From: Armatimonadota bacterium
GTDB taxonomy: Bacteria > Sysuimicrobiota > Sysuimicrobiia > Sysuimicrobiales > Humicultoraceae
DNA length: 49,668 nt
NCBI GenBank assembly: GCA_037443365.1
Contig: JBBIOM010000008.1
Coordinates: 1-49,668, forward strand
Reading direction: 5' to 3'
Shown piece by piece: positions 30,401 through 38,136 of the stretch. Within the stretch, counting starts at the first letter, position 1. Every line of letters begins with the position of its first letter. Below the pieces are notes generated by a model. The model was not told the DNA's origin. It was given only the letters and a program-made list of their open reading frames with translations, and searched no databases. Both the position numbers and the translations under genes were made by a program.

Positions 30401-30618
30401 AGGTGCGCCTGCACAACCCGCGCCGCGATCTGGAGGTCCGGGGCGGGCGACGGGTCTTGGAGGTGCTCACCGAGATGGGGATGAACCCGGAGTCCTACCT
30501 GGTGATACGCGGGGGCGCACTCCTGACCGCGGACGCCGTGGTGGGCGATGACGACGAAATCGAGATCCGTCCCGTGATCTCCGGCGGGGCAGCGGGCGGG
30601 GCGCCGTGCGCTGCCTGA
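30397..30618 (+). CDS. ttuB: Ubiquitin-like sulfur carrier (TtuB/ThiS/MoaD family)
   Basis: GTGA overlap with the upstream gene. [14 protein letters not shown]…[10 protein letters not shown]…RPVISGG followed by a 9-aa tail. Directly upstream of ttuA. Confidence 0.85.
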   Translation: MKVRLHNPRRDLEVRGGRRVLEVLTEMGMNPESYLVIRGGALLTADAVVGDDDEIEIRPVISGGAAGGAPCAA

Positions 30619-31532
30619 AGTGCCGCGAGGCCGCCGTCGTCGAGGTGCGCCGCCACCGCGCCGCCTACTGCGCGGGGCACTTCCTCGAGTTCTTCGAAGG
30701 GCAGGTTCACCGTGCGATCACCACGCAGAGGATGTTTGGGCCCGCAGAGCGGATACTCGTGGCGGTCTCCGGCGGCAAGGATAGCCTGGCGTTGTGGGAC
30801 GTTCTGCTGCGACGGGGCGATGACGCCGCCGGGCTGCACGTGGACCTGGGCATCGGCGACTACTCGCGGTCCTCGCGCGCGAAGACCGAGGAGTTCGCAC
30901 GGACGAGGGGGGCGCGGCTGCTGGTCGTGGACCTCCGTGCCGAGTACGGGACGGGCATCGAGGCGATCGCGAGCGCCAGCGGGCGCCAACCCTGCTCCGC
31001 CTGCGGGCTCGTGAAGCGCTATCTCTTCAACAGAACGGCGCGCCGCGCCGGTTTCACCGCGGTCGCCACCGGGCACAACCTGGACGATGAGGCCGCGGTG
31101 CTGCTGGGGAACCTCCTGCACTGGAGCATGGAGCAGCTCGCACGCCAGGCGCCGGTGCTCGAGCAGACGCACCCGCACCTGGTTCGCAGGGTGAAGCCCC
31201 TCTACCGCACGAGTGAGCGCGAGAGCGCGGCATACGCCCTCCTCAGAAACATTGACTACGTGATTGAGGAGTGCCCGCACAGCCGGGGGGCCCGTTCGCT
31301 AGTGCACAAGGAGGTGCTGAACAGCCTGGAGGCGGCCCGAGCGGGCACCAAACAGGCCTTCTACTGGGGCTTCCTCGATCGCCTGGCGCCGGCGCTGCAA
31401 GCCGGCGGCGCCGTGCTGCTGCGCCCCTGCGGGTGGTGCGACGAGCCCACGACCGGAGAGGTCTGCGCCTTCTGCCGCATGATGGCACGCGCGGGCGCGC
31501 GTCCTGGCGCGGAGGTTCCCTCGACGCCATGA
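30606..31532 (+). CDS. ttuA: tRNA 2-thiolation enzyme TtuA (PP-loop, Fe-S, Zn fingers)
   Basis: CLKC…C..HF, VAVSGGKDS, CSACG, TGHNLDDEA, EECP, C-terminal CxxC…CxxC. Confidence 0.88.
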   Translation: MRCLKCREAAVVEVRRHRAAYCAGHFLEFFEGQVHRAITTQRMFGPAERILVAVSGGKDSLALWDVLLRRGDDAAGLHVDLGIGDYSRSSRAKTEEFARTRGARLLVVDLRAEYGTGIEAIASASGRQPCSACGLVKRYLFNRTARRAGFTAVATGHNLDDEAAVLLGNLLHWSMEQLARQAPVLEQTHPHLVRRVKPLYRTSERESAAYALLRNIDYVIEECPHSRGARSLVHKEVLNSLEAARAGTKQAFYWGFLDRLAPALQAGGAVLLRPCGWCDEPTTGEVCAFCRMMARAGARPGAEVPSTP

Positions 31533-32383
31533 CCGTCGGCGCGCTGGCGGCGGGGGATCCGGTCCTGCTCGTGGACCGCAAGAGGCGATCCTACCTGATC
31601 TGGCTGGCCGAGGGCGGCACCAGCGATCTGCGGGGAGGCATGATCGCCCACGCCGACCTGATCGGCGCTCCCGACGGCGCGTGCGTGGAGAGTTCGCGCG
31701 GAGAACGGCTGGTCGCGACCCGCGCGACGCTTGCCGACTACGTCCTGCACATGCCCCGCGGGGCGCAGGTGATCTACCCCAAGGATCTGGCGCTGATACT
31801 GATGCTCGCTGACATCTACCCCGGCGCCGTGGTCGCCGAGGCCGGTACCGGTTCCGGGGCGCTGACCATGACCCTCCTGCGCGCGGTCGGACCCGACGGC
31901 CGAGTGTTCTCGTACGAGGTTCGCGAGGATTTCCAGCGCACCGCGGCGCGCAACATCGCCCGGTTCATGGGCGAGACGCCCTCGCTCGTGCTGCGGCTGC
32001 ACGACGTCACCACCGGAATCCCCGACGCCCCGATCGACCGCCTGGTGCTGGACCTGCCCGAGCCGTGGCGGGTTGTGGGACCGGCCGCATCCGCGCTGCG
32101 TCCCGGAGGGATCTTCCTGTCCTATCTCCCGACGACCGTTCAGGTCCAGCGGACCGTTGAGGCGCTCGGCGCGAGCCGGGCGTTCGCGCTGATCGAGACC
32201 GTGGAGTCCCTCCTCCGACCCTGGAATGTGGACGGACAGAGCGTCCGTCCTGCCCACCGTATGGTCGCGCACACCGGATTTCTGGTGCATGCCCGACGAA
32301 TCGAGTCCGGCTCGCACGGCGAGCCGGCAGAGTGCTCCACATCACACTCCTGCAAGGAGGCGCGCACATGTCCTACACGATAA
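31529..32383 (+). CDS. trmI: tRNA (adenine58-N1)-methyltransferase
   Basis: MPRGAQVIYPKD, EAGTGSGALT, LDLPEPW, RPAHRMVAHTGFL. Confidence 0.94.
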   Translation: MTVGALAAGDPVLLVDRKRRSYLIWLAEGGTSDLRGGMIAHADLIGAPDGACVESSRGERLVATRATLADYVLHMPRGAQVIYPKDLALILMLADIYPGAVVAEAGTGSGALTMTLLRAVGPDGRVFSYEVREDFQRTAARNIARFMGETPSLVLRLHDVTTGIPDAPIDRLVLDLPEPWRVVGPAASALRPGGIFLSYLPTTVQVQRTVEALGASRAFALIETVESLLRPWNVDGQSVRPAHRMVAHTGFLVHARRIESGSHGEPAECSTSHSCKEARTCPTR

Positions 32384-32640
32384 CCGGCAAGTGCACCAAG
32401 GAAGACAAGGCGTGCGTCGAGGTGTGCCCCGTTGACTGCATACAAGAGGGCGCGGACATGCTCTACGTCCATCCCGACGATTGCATCGACTGTGGCGCCT
32501 GCGTCTCTGCCTGCCCCAACGGGGCGATCTTCGCCGACGCGGATGTGCCCGAGGAAGACAAGCGCTTCACCGAGATGAACAAGGACTTCTATGCCCTGTC
32601 CGACGAGGAGTTCTCGGTCAAGTACGGGAAGCCCAAGTAG
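32368..32640 (+). CDS. fdxA: 7Fe-type ([3Fe-4S]/[4Fe-4S]) ferredoxin
   Basis: SD AAGGAGG. C-x6-CVEVCPVDCI and CIDCGACVSACP..AI. Confidence 0.88.
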   Translation: MSYTITGKCTKEDKACVEVCPVDCIQEGADMLYVHPDDCIDCGACVSACPNGAIFADADVPEEDKRFTEMNKDFYALSDEEFSVKYGKPK

Positions 32641-32667
32641 GCAAGAGGCGTCATTGGGGGTGGGACC

Positions 32668-33111
32668 GTGGCCAGAGTCGAAGCTTCGACGGCAATCCGG
32701 GCACCCGTGGAGCGGGTCTACGCGCTCGCCAAGGATGTCGAGCGTTTTCCCCAGTTCATGCCTGATCTCGACAGCGTGACCGTGATCGAGCGTCACGCGA
32801 CCGGCACCGTCACAGAATGGGTAGGCCGCGTTCAGGGGCGGCGGATCCGATGGGTGGAGGAGGACGAGTGGGATGACGCGCGGCGGGTCTGCGCGTTCAA
32901 GCTGCGGTCCGGGGACTTCAGCAAGTACGAGGGTACCTGGCGCTTCGAGGAGACGCCCGAGGGGGTCCTCACGTCCATGGAGGTCGAGTTCGAGATGGAT
33001 ATCCCTCTGGCGGGTGCTCTTCTCAGTTCCCTCGTGAAGGTCTTGATGCGCAAGAACTGCGAGAGCATGCTGGCGGCGCTCAAGGGACAGCTGGAGACAG
33101 CGTCGCCTTGA
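32668..33111 (+). CDS. SRPBCC/START (polyketide cyclase/Coq10-like) protein
   Basis: IRAPVERVY…DVERFPQFMP, GDFSKYEGTWRF. Confidence 0.88.
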   Translation: MARVEASTAIRAPVERVYALAKDVERFPQFMPDLDSVTVIERHATGTVTEWVGRVQGRRIRWVEEDEWDDARRVCAFKLRSGDFSKYEGTWRFEETPEGVLTSMEVEFEMDIPLAGALLSSLVKVLMRKNCESMLAALKGQLETASP

Positions 33112-33205
33112 GATTTCCGCGGTGGGCCGGCGGGAGAAGACCGGGCCTGCCCGCAGGAGACTATAGGATGGGGCGTGGCCCACAGAAACCGTCAGGGAGT
33201 GATGC

Positions 33206-34321
33206 ATGACCCCACGCACCACGGCGGCGATCTCAATCGCCCGACCGGTGATCGGCGAGGAAGAGAAACGGCAGGTCGTTGAGGTCCTCGACTCCGGCAG
33301 TCTGATCGCGGGACGCCGGGTCGCGGAGTTCGAGGCGGCTTTCGCTGCCTACATAGGTGTTCCCCACGCGGTCGCCACCTCATCGGGCAGTTCGGCGCTG
33401 CAGGTCGCGATGCTCGCACTGGGTGTAGGTCCCGGCGATCGCGTCGTGACCACGCCTTTCACCTTCGCGGCCAGCAGCAATGCCGTGATTCACGCGGGCG
33501 CGCAGCCGGTCTTCGTGGACGTGGATCCCCAGACCTGCAACCTCGATCCCGGCGCGGTGGAGGACGAGCTGCGGCGAGGCGGCGCCCGCGCCATCCTGGC
33601 GGTGCATCTCTACGGGCTGCCATCTGACGTCGTGGCGCTGCGCGCGCTTGCCGACCGATACGGTGCCCTGTTGATCGAGGATTGCGCGCAGGCGCACGGC
33701 GCCGCCTCCGGCGGGAGGCGTGTAGGGTCGTTTGGGGACGCCGCGATCTTCAGTTTCTACCCGACCAAGAACATGACGACCGGCGAGGGCGGGATGCTGA
33801 CCACGTCCGATCCGGACGTGGCGCGGAAGGCCCGGTTGTTCGTGGATCCCCGGGGCGAGGCGGAGTACGCCTACGAGGTTGTCGGATTCAACTACCGGAT
33901 GACCGAGATGGCGGGGGCCATGGGCACGATCCAGCTTGCGGCGCTGGAGGACCGCAACCGGCAGCGCAGGGAGAACGCGCGCCGGCTCTCGGATGGCCTG
34001 CGCGGACTGCCCTGGTTGGATCTGCCGGAGGAGCCGGAAGGGATGCGCCACGTCTACAACCAGTACACCGTGCGCGTACGTCGGGGCAGGGATGCGCTCA
34101 TCGCCCACCTGGCCGGCGCCGGAATCGGCGCTCGAGTGTACTACCCGTCGCTGGTCACCCAGACCCCGGCGTACCGCCGGCTGGGCCTCGACGGAACGTA
34201 TCCGAACGCGTTGCGTCTTGTCGGTGAGGTGCTTTCTCTTCCGGTCCACCCAAGCCTGAGCGAGGATGATCTGGCCAGGGTGATTTCCGCCGTGCGGGCG
34301 TTTCCCGAGGATCAGTCGTGA
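33206..34321 (+). CDS. DegT/DnrJ/EryC1 sugar aminotransferase
   Basis: FEAAFA, TPFTFAAS, VHLYG, IEDCAQAHGA, SFYPTKNMTTGEGG, GFNYRM, LSLPVHP. Confidence 0.94.
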   Translation: MTPRTTAAISIARPVIGEEEKRQVVEVLDSGSLIAGRRVAEFEAAFAAYIGVPHAVATSSGSSALQVAMLALGVGPGDRVVTTPFTFAASSNAVIHAGAQPVFVDVDPQTCNLDPGAVEDELRRGGARAILAVHLYGLPSDVVALRALADRYGALLIEDCAQAHGAASGGRRVGSFGDAAIFSFYPTKNMTTGEGGMLTTSDPDVARKARLFVDPRGEAEYAYEVVGFNYRMTEMAGAMGTIQLAALEDRNRQRRENARRLSDGLRGLPWLDLPEEPEGMRHVYNQYTVRVRRGRDALIAHLAGAGIGARVYYPSLVTQTPAYRRLGLDGTYPNALRLVGEVLSLPVHPSLSEDDLARVISAVRAFPEDQS

Positions 34322-35253
34322 GCGGTCATCCCCTTCGAGTGGGCGTGGTCGGCCTGGGGCAATGGGGACGGCATCACGCCCGGATCCTGTCAGCAATGCC
34401 GGGCGTGGCGCTGGTCGGCGTAGCCGACAGCGACCCAAGGGAAGTGCAGGCTGCGGCGGGCCGCTTCGAAGCCAGGGGATTCATGGACTACCGTGAGATG
34501 ATCGGGCGGGTGGACGCTGTCAGCGTGGTGGTCCCGACGGTGCACCACTACCAGGTGGCCCGCGATTTCATCGAGGCCGGCGCGCACGTGCTGCTCGAGA
34601 AGCCGATGGCCGCAACCGTAGACGAGGCGAGGCGCCTGGTCGCCCTCACCGAGCGCTTCGGCACCGTGATGCTCGTGGGGCACGTCGAGCGATTCAAGCC
34701 GGCCGTGCATCGCATGCGCGAGATTGTGTCCGAGCCCCTCTGCATCCAGGCGCGGCGCGTTCGCCCCTACGATCCACAACGGGTAATGGACGTGGGCGTG
34801 GTGCTGGACCTGATGATTCACGACATCGACATCGTGCTCTCGCTTGCTCCCGGCCGGGTCGTTGAGGTGGGCGGAGTAGGTGTGCGCGTGCACAACAGCC
34901 ACGAGGACCTGGCCGTGGGCCACCTCACCATGGAGAGCGGCTGCAGGATCACGCTGACCGCGAGCCGCGTAGCGGCGGTCAAGGCCGTGGACACCGAGGT
35001 CACGATGGCCGACTGCGCGGTTCACCTCGACTACCTTCGGGAGACCATCAGCGTCCGGCGTTACAACGGCGAGCACCAGCGCATCGTGCTGGATGGCGAG
35101 GAGCCGTTGCGTACCGAGATCGCGCACTTCATTGCCTGCGTGCGGGGAGAGGCCCGCCCGCTGGTGAGCGCCGGGGACGGCTGCCATGCGCTGGAGGTGA
35201 GCCACCGACTGCTCCAGAATCTCGTCAGCATCGTTCCAAGGGTGCACGCATAG
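34318..35253 (+). CDS. Gfo/Idh/MocA NAD-dependent oxidoreductase (GnnA/WlbA-like)
   Basis: GVVGLGQWG, LLEKPMA, GHVERF.PA, DVGVVLDLMIHDIDI. Confidence 0.92.
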   Translation: MSGHPLRVGVVGLGQWGRHHARILSAMPGVALVGVADSDPREVQAAAGRFEARGFMDYREMIGRVDAVSVVVPTVHHYQVARDFIEAGAHVLLEKPMAATVDEARRLVALTERFGTVMLVGHVERFKPAVHRMREIVSEPLCIQARRVRPYDPQRVMDVGVVLDLMIHDIDIVLSLAPGRVVEVGGVGVRVHNSHEDLAVGHLTMESGCRITLTASRVAAVKAVDTEVTMADCAVHLDYLRETISVRRYNGEHQRIVLDGEEPLRTEIAHFIACVRGEARPLVSAGDGCHALEVSHRLLQNLVSIVPRVHA

Positions 35254-35272
35254 CGCGGCGAGGTAAGCAGTC

Positions 35273-35917
35273 GTGAAGGCGAGAGAACTCGCGCGCTCGG
35301 GCGTGATGACCGCGCTTGTCTTCGTCGTCACGCGGGCTTTCGCGATCCCCATTCCGCAAACAAAGGGGTTCTTCAACCTCGGCGAGGCCGCCGTCTATGC
35401 GTCGGCGCTGCTCTACGGACCCCTGGTCGGCGCCCTGGCGGGCGGGGTCGGCTCGGCGCTGGCCGATCTCTCGCTCGGCTACGCCCACTACGCGCCGTTC
35501 ACGCTCGTAATCAAGGGCCTGGAGGGATTGGTTGTGGGCCTAGTGGCGCGCGCGGTCAGCCCACGGGTCGGGTGGTTCGGCCTGGGCGCGGGCGCACTCG
35601 CCGCAGCGGCCCTGGTGACAGGAGAGGCTCTGGCCGTGCGCGCCGCGGCGGGTCTGCTAGTGGTGGGTGCGATCGCGGGTGCGCTGCTCCTGCGCCTCGC
35701 CGGCGGAGCCCCGGTCGCTTCCAGGGTCTTCGCGATGATGGCCGGTGGCTTGCTAATGGTGGCCGGCTACTTCGCGACGCAGGCGTACCTTCTCGGCCTG
35801 GGAGTGCCCGCCGCCCTCACCGAGGTACCCTACAACATCGTTCAGGTGTCGGTGGGGATCGCAGCTGGCCTCGCTGTCTCCGTGGCCTTCGGCCGGGCGC
35901 TGCCAGGGCGACATTGA
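35273..35917 (+). CDS. ECF transporter S component
   Basis: ALVFV, IPIP..GFFNLGE, GSALADL..GY..YAPFTLVIKG. Highly hydrophobic. Confidence 0.85.
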   Translation: MKARELARSGVMTALVFVVTRAFAIPIPQTKGFFNLGEAAVYASALLYGPLVGALAGGVGSALADLSLGYAHYAPFTLVIKGLEGLVVGLVARAVSPRVGWFGLGAGALAAAALVTGEALAVRAAAGLLVVGAIAGALLLRLAGGAPVASRVFAMMAGGLLMVAGYFATQAYLLGLGVPAALTEVPYNIVQVSVGIAAGLAVSVAFGRALPGRH

Positions 35918-36909
35918 TGCGGATCGGCAAGCTCTCCCCGGCCGAACTGTCCAGGCGGGTCTTTCCATACCTCGGGTGCAGGAGCGACGTTCTCGAGCAC
36001 GCCGGGATCGGGCACGACTGCGCGATCATCGCCTTCGGCCGCGAGGTCTGTGTCGCCACCTGCGATCCGATCACGGGAGCGGTCGAGCACATCGGCCGGC
36101 TCGCCGTGCACGTGGCGTGCAATGACCTGGCTGCCTCGGGCGCCGAGCCCGTCGGGTTGCTGTTGACCCTGCTGCTGGCAGCCTCCAGCGCCGAGGAGGA
36201 TCTCGACAGGATCATGCGCGAGGCCGGCGCCGCGGCCAGCGCCGTCGGGGCAGAGATCATCGGTGGGCACACCGAGGTGACGCCGGGCTTGACCAGGCCG
36301 CTGGTCGTGGTCGCGGCCATAGGGCGGGCGCCGGTCGACGGATACGTTAGAGCGGGCGGCGCTCGCCCGGGCGACGCCGTGATCCTCACCAAAGGGGCAG
36401 GCATCGAGGGCACGGCGATTCTCGCCGCCGACCTGTCCGCGCACCTGCGGCCGCTCCTGGGAGAGGACACGCTCGCGCGCGCCAGCGGATTCCTCGACCT
36501 GCTAAGCGTGGTGCCCGAGGGGCGAATAGGCGCCAGGTGCGGGGCGACAGCGATGCACGACGTCACCGAGGGCGGCGTGTTGGGCGGGATCTGGGAACTG
36601 GCCGAGGCCTCGGGCTGCGGGGTACGGTTGGACGCCGACCTGGTCCCGGTGCAACCCGAGACCGCCGCGATTTGCGCGGCGCTGCGTGCCGATCCGATGG
36701 GCCTCATCGGGAGCGGCGCCATGCTGATTGCCACTCCTGATCCCGATCGGGTTATGGGGGAGCTGGTGCGCTCCGGCATCGTTGCCGCGGTCGTCGGGCA
36801 GTTGGGAGCAGGTGGTCGCACGGTTGTGCGCGGGGGCAGGAGCGCGGCGCTGGTGCCGCCTGACCGCGACGAGCTGTGGCGCATCCTGGAGACGCCGCCT
36901 TGGACGTGA
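35917..36909 (+). CDS. AIR synthase-related (PurM/HypE superfamily) protein
   Basis: TGATG coupling. GIGHDCA, DPITG, NDLAASGAEP, GGHTEVT, AMHDVTEGG. Confidence 0.9.
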   Translation: MRIGKLSPAELSRRVFPYLGCRSDVLEHAGIGHDCAIIAFGREVCVATCDPITGAVEHIGRLAVHVACNDLAASGAEPVGLLLTLLLAASSAEEDLDRIMREAGAAASAVGAEIIGGHTEVTPGLTRPLVVVAAIGRAPVDGYVRAGGARPGDAVILTKGAGIEGTAILAADLSAHLRPLLGEDTLARASGFLDLLSVVPEGRIGARCGATAMHDVTEGGVLGGIWELAEASGCGVRLDADLVPVQPETAAICAALRADPMGLIGSGAMLIATPDPDRVMGELVRSGIVAAVVGQLGAGGRTVVRGGRSAALVPPDRDELWRILETPPWT

Positions 36910-37829
36910 TCGCACGCGCGATCGGCGCCCACGGCTCGGTCCTGGCCTGCGCGGTCTGCGCTACGGGGGTCGTGGAGGAGGCCAGGCGCAGGCATGGGAC
37001 GCTCCCCACGGCGACCGCCGCGCTCGGGAGGACCCTCTGTGCGGTCGCGATGCTGGGCTGCGGGCTGAAGGCCCGTCAGAGCGTGATGTTGCGCATTCTG
37101 GGCGACGGCCCGTTGGGACCGGTCATCGCCGAGAGCACCGCCGAGGGCGCCCTCCGTGGCTACGTGACGCATCCCGGCGTGCACTTCCCGCCCACGCCTG
37201 CCAACAAGCTGGACGTCGCCTCCGCCGTAGGGAGGGCGGGCACGATCCACGTCACGCGCGATCTGGGACTCCGAGATACGTACCAGGGGAGCGTGCCGCT
37301 CGTCTCAGGCGAGGTGGGAGAGGACCTGGCCTCCTACCTGGTGGCCAGCGAGCAGGTTCCCTCCGCGGTCGCGGTGGGCGTCATGGTTGCGCCCGACGGG
37401 GAGGTGCTCGCAGCCGGAGGGTGGTTGCTCCAGATACTCCCGGGAGCCCCGGCGACGCTTCCCGCCTTCCTGGACGGGCGGGCGCGTGCATTGCCGCCGG
37501 TGACGCAGATGATCAGATCGGGCGCGCCGCCCGAGGAGATGCTGAGCCTGGCGCTGGGGGATCTGCCGATGGCGGTTCTCGAGCGCCGTCCGGTGCGATT
37601 CGAATGCCGGTGCGGTCCGGACAAGGTGGCGCGCGTTCTGATCGCGCTGGGGCGTTCCGAGAGCGACCGGCTGCTGCGTGAGCAGGGCAAGGTGGACGTG
37701 CGCTGTCGGTTCTGCGGTGAGCGCTACGAGTTCGGCGCGGGCGAGATCGCGCGTGTGTTCGCGGCGTCGGCGCGGAGCGCAGGCGGGGACGAGGCGGCTA
37801 CCTTGAACGGCTGGCGCGCCGCGACTTGA
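36900..37829 (+). CDS. hslO: Hsp33 redox-regulated chaperone
   Basis: [42 protein letters not shown]…CRFC. TTG 36900 chosen from its SD (GTG 36876 alternative). Confidence 0.94.
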   Translation: MDVIARAIGAHGSVLACAVCATGVVEEARRRHGTLPTATAALGRTLCAVAMLGCGLKARQSVMLRILGDGPLGPVIAESTAEGALRGYVTHPGVHFPPTPANKLDVASAVGRAGTIHVTRDLGLRDTYQGSVPLVSGEVGEDLASYLVASEQVPSAVAVGVMVAPDGEVLAAGGWLLQILPGAPATLPAFLDGRARALPPVTQMIRSGAPPEEMLSLALGDLPMAVLERRPVRFECRCGPDKVARVLIALGRSESDRLLREQGKVDVRCRFCGERYEFGAGEIARVFAASARSAGGDEAATLNGWRAAT

Positions 37830-37989
37830 GGCACGAGGTGCATACCACAGCGCGCTTCTCGACTCCCTGAATCCTGACCTTGACCTTCTGGAGGTTCGGC
37901 AGGAACCGGCGCCGCGTTCGCACGTGCGAGTGGCTGAAACTGCCCCCGGCCACCGGCCCCTTCCCACAGATCGCGCAACGTCGTGCCAT
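37798..37989 (-). CDS. rpmB: 50S ribosomal protein L28
   Basis: [28 protein letters not shown]…CTSCLKS, 63 aa. Confidence 0.96.
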   Translation of the reverse strand: MARRCAICGKGPVAGGSFSHSHVRTRRRFLPNLQKVKVRIQGVEKRAVVCTSCLKSRRASRSR

Positions 37990-38036
37990 TGCACACCCCT
38001 TCGCTTTCCTTCGCCCGGCCGTCGAATGACGGCCGG

Positions 38037-38065
38037 ATTCTAGCACAGCCCCATCGGGTTCGCAA
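38037..38065 (-). promoter_or_regulatory. Sigma-70/SigA promoter of rpmB
   Basis: Minus strand TTGCGA-17 nt (ending TGC, a TGn extension)-TAGAAT. Confidence 0.7.
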
Positions 38066-38070
38066 CCGTG

Positions 38071-38098
38071 CAAGGAGAGCCCAGAGGCGCGCCGAACT
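38071..38098 (+). promoter_or_regulatory. Putative sigma-H-like promoter for recG
   Basis: CAAGGA(38071-76)-17 nt-GAACT(38094-98). The -10 context GCCGAACT is identical to the pilM site. Confidence 0.45.
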
Positions 38099-38136
38099 TG
38101 AAGCCAGACCTGCGACCGATTCCAGGTCGGCGAGAG

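Noticed and set aside
33168-33209. 13-codon ORF (MGRGPQKPSGSDA*) with an SD, overlapping the DegT start
   Set aside because: The DegT gene has its own SD (GGGAG) and the peptide has no features, so it is likely chance.
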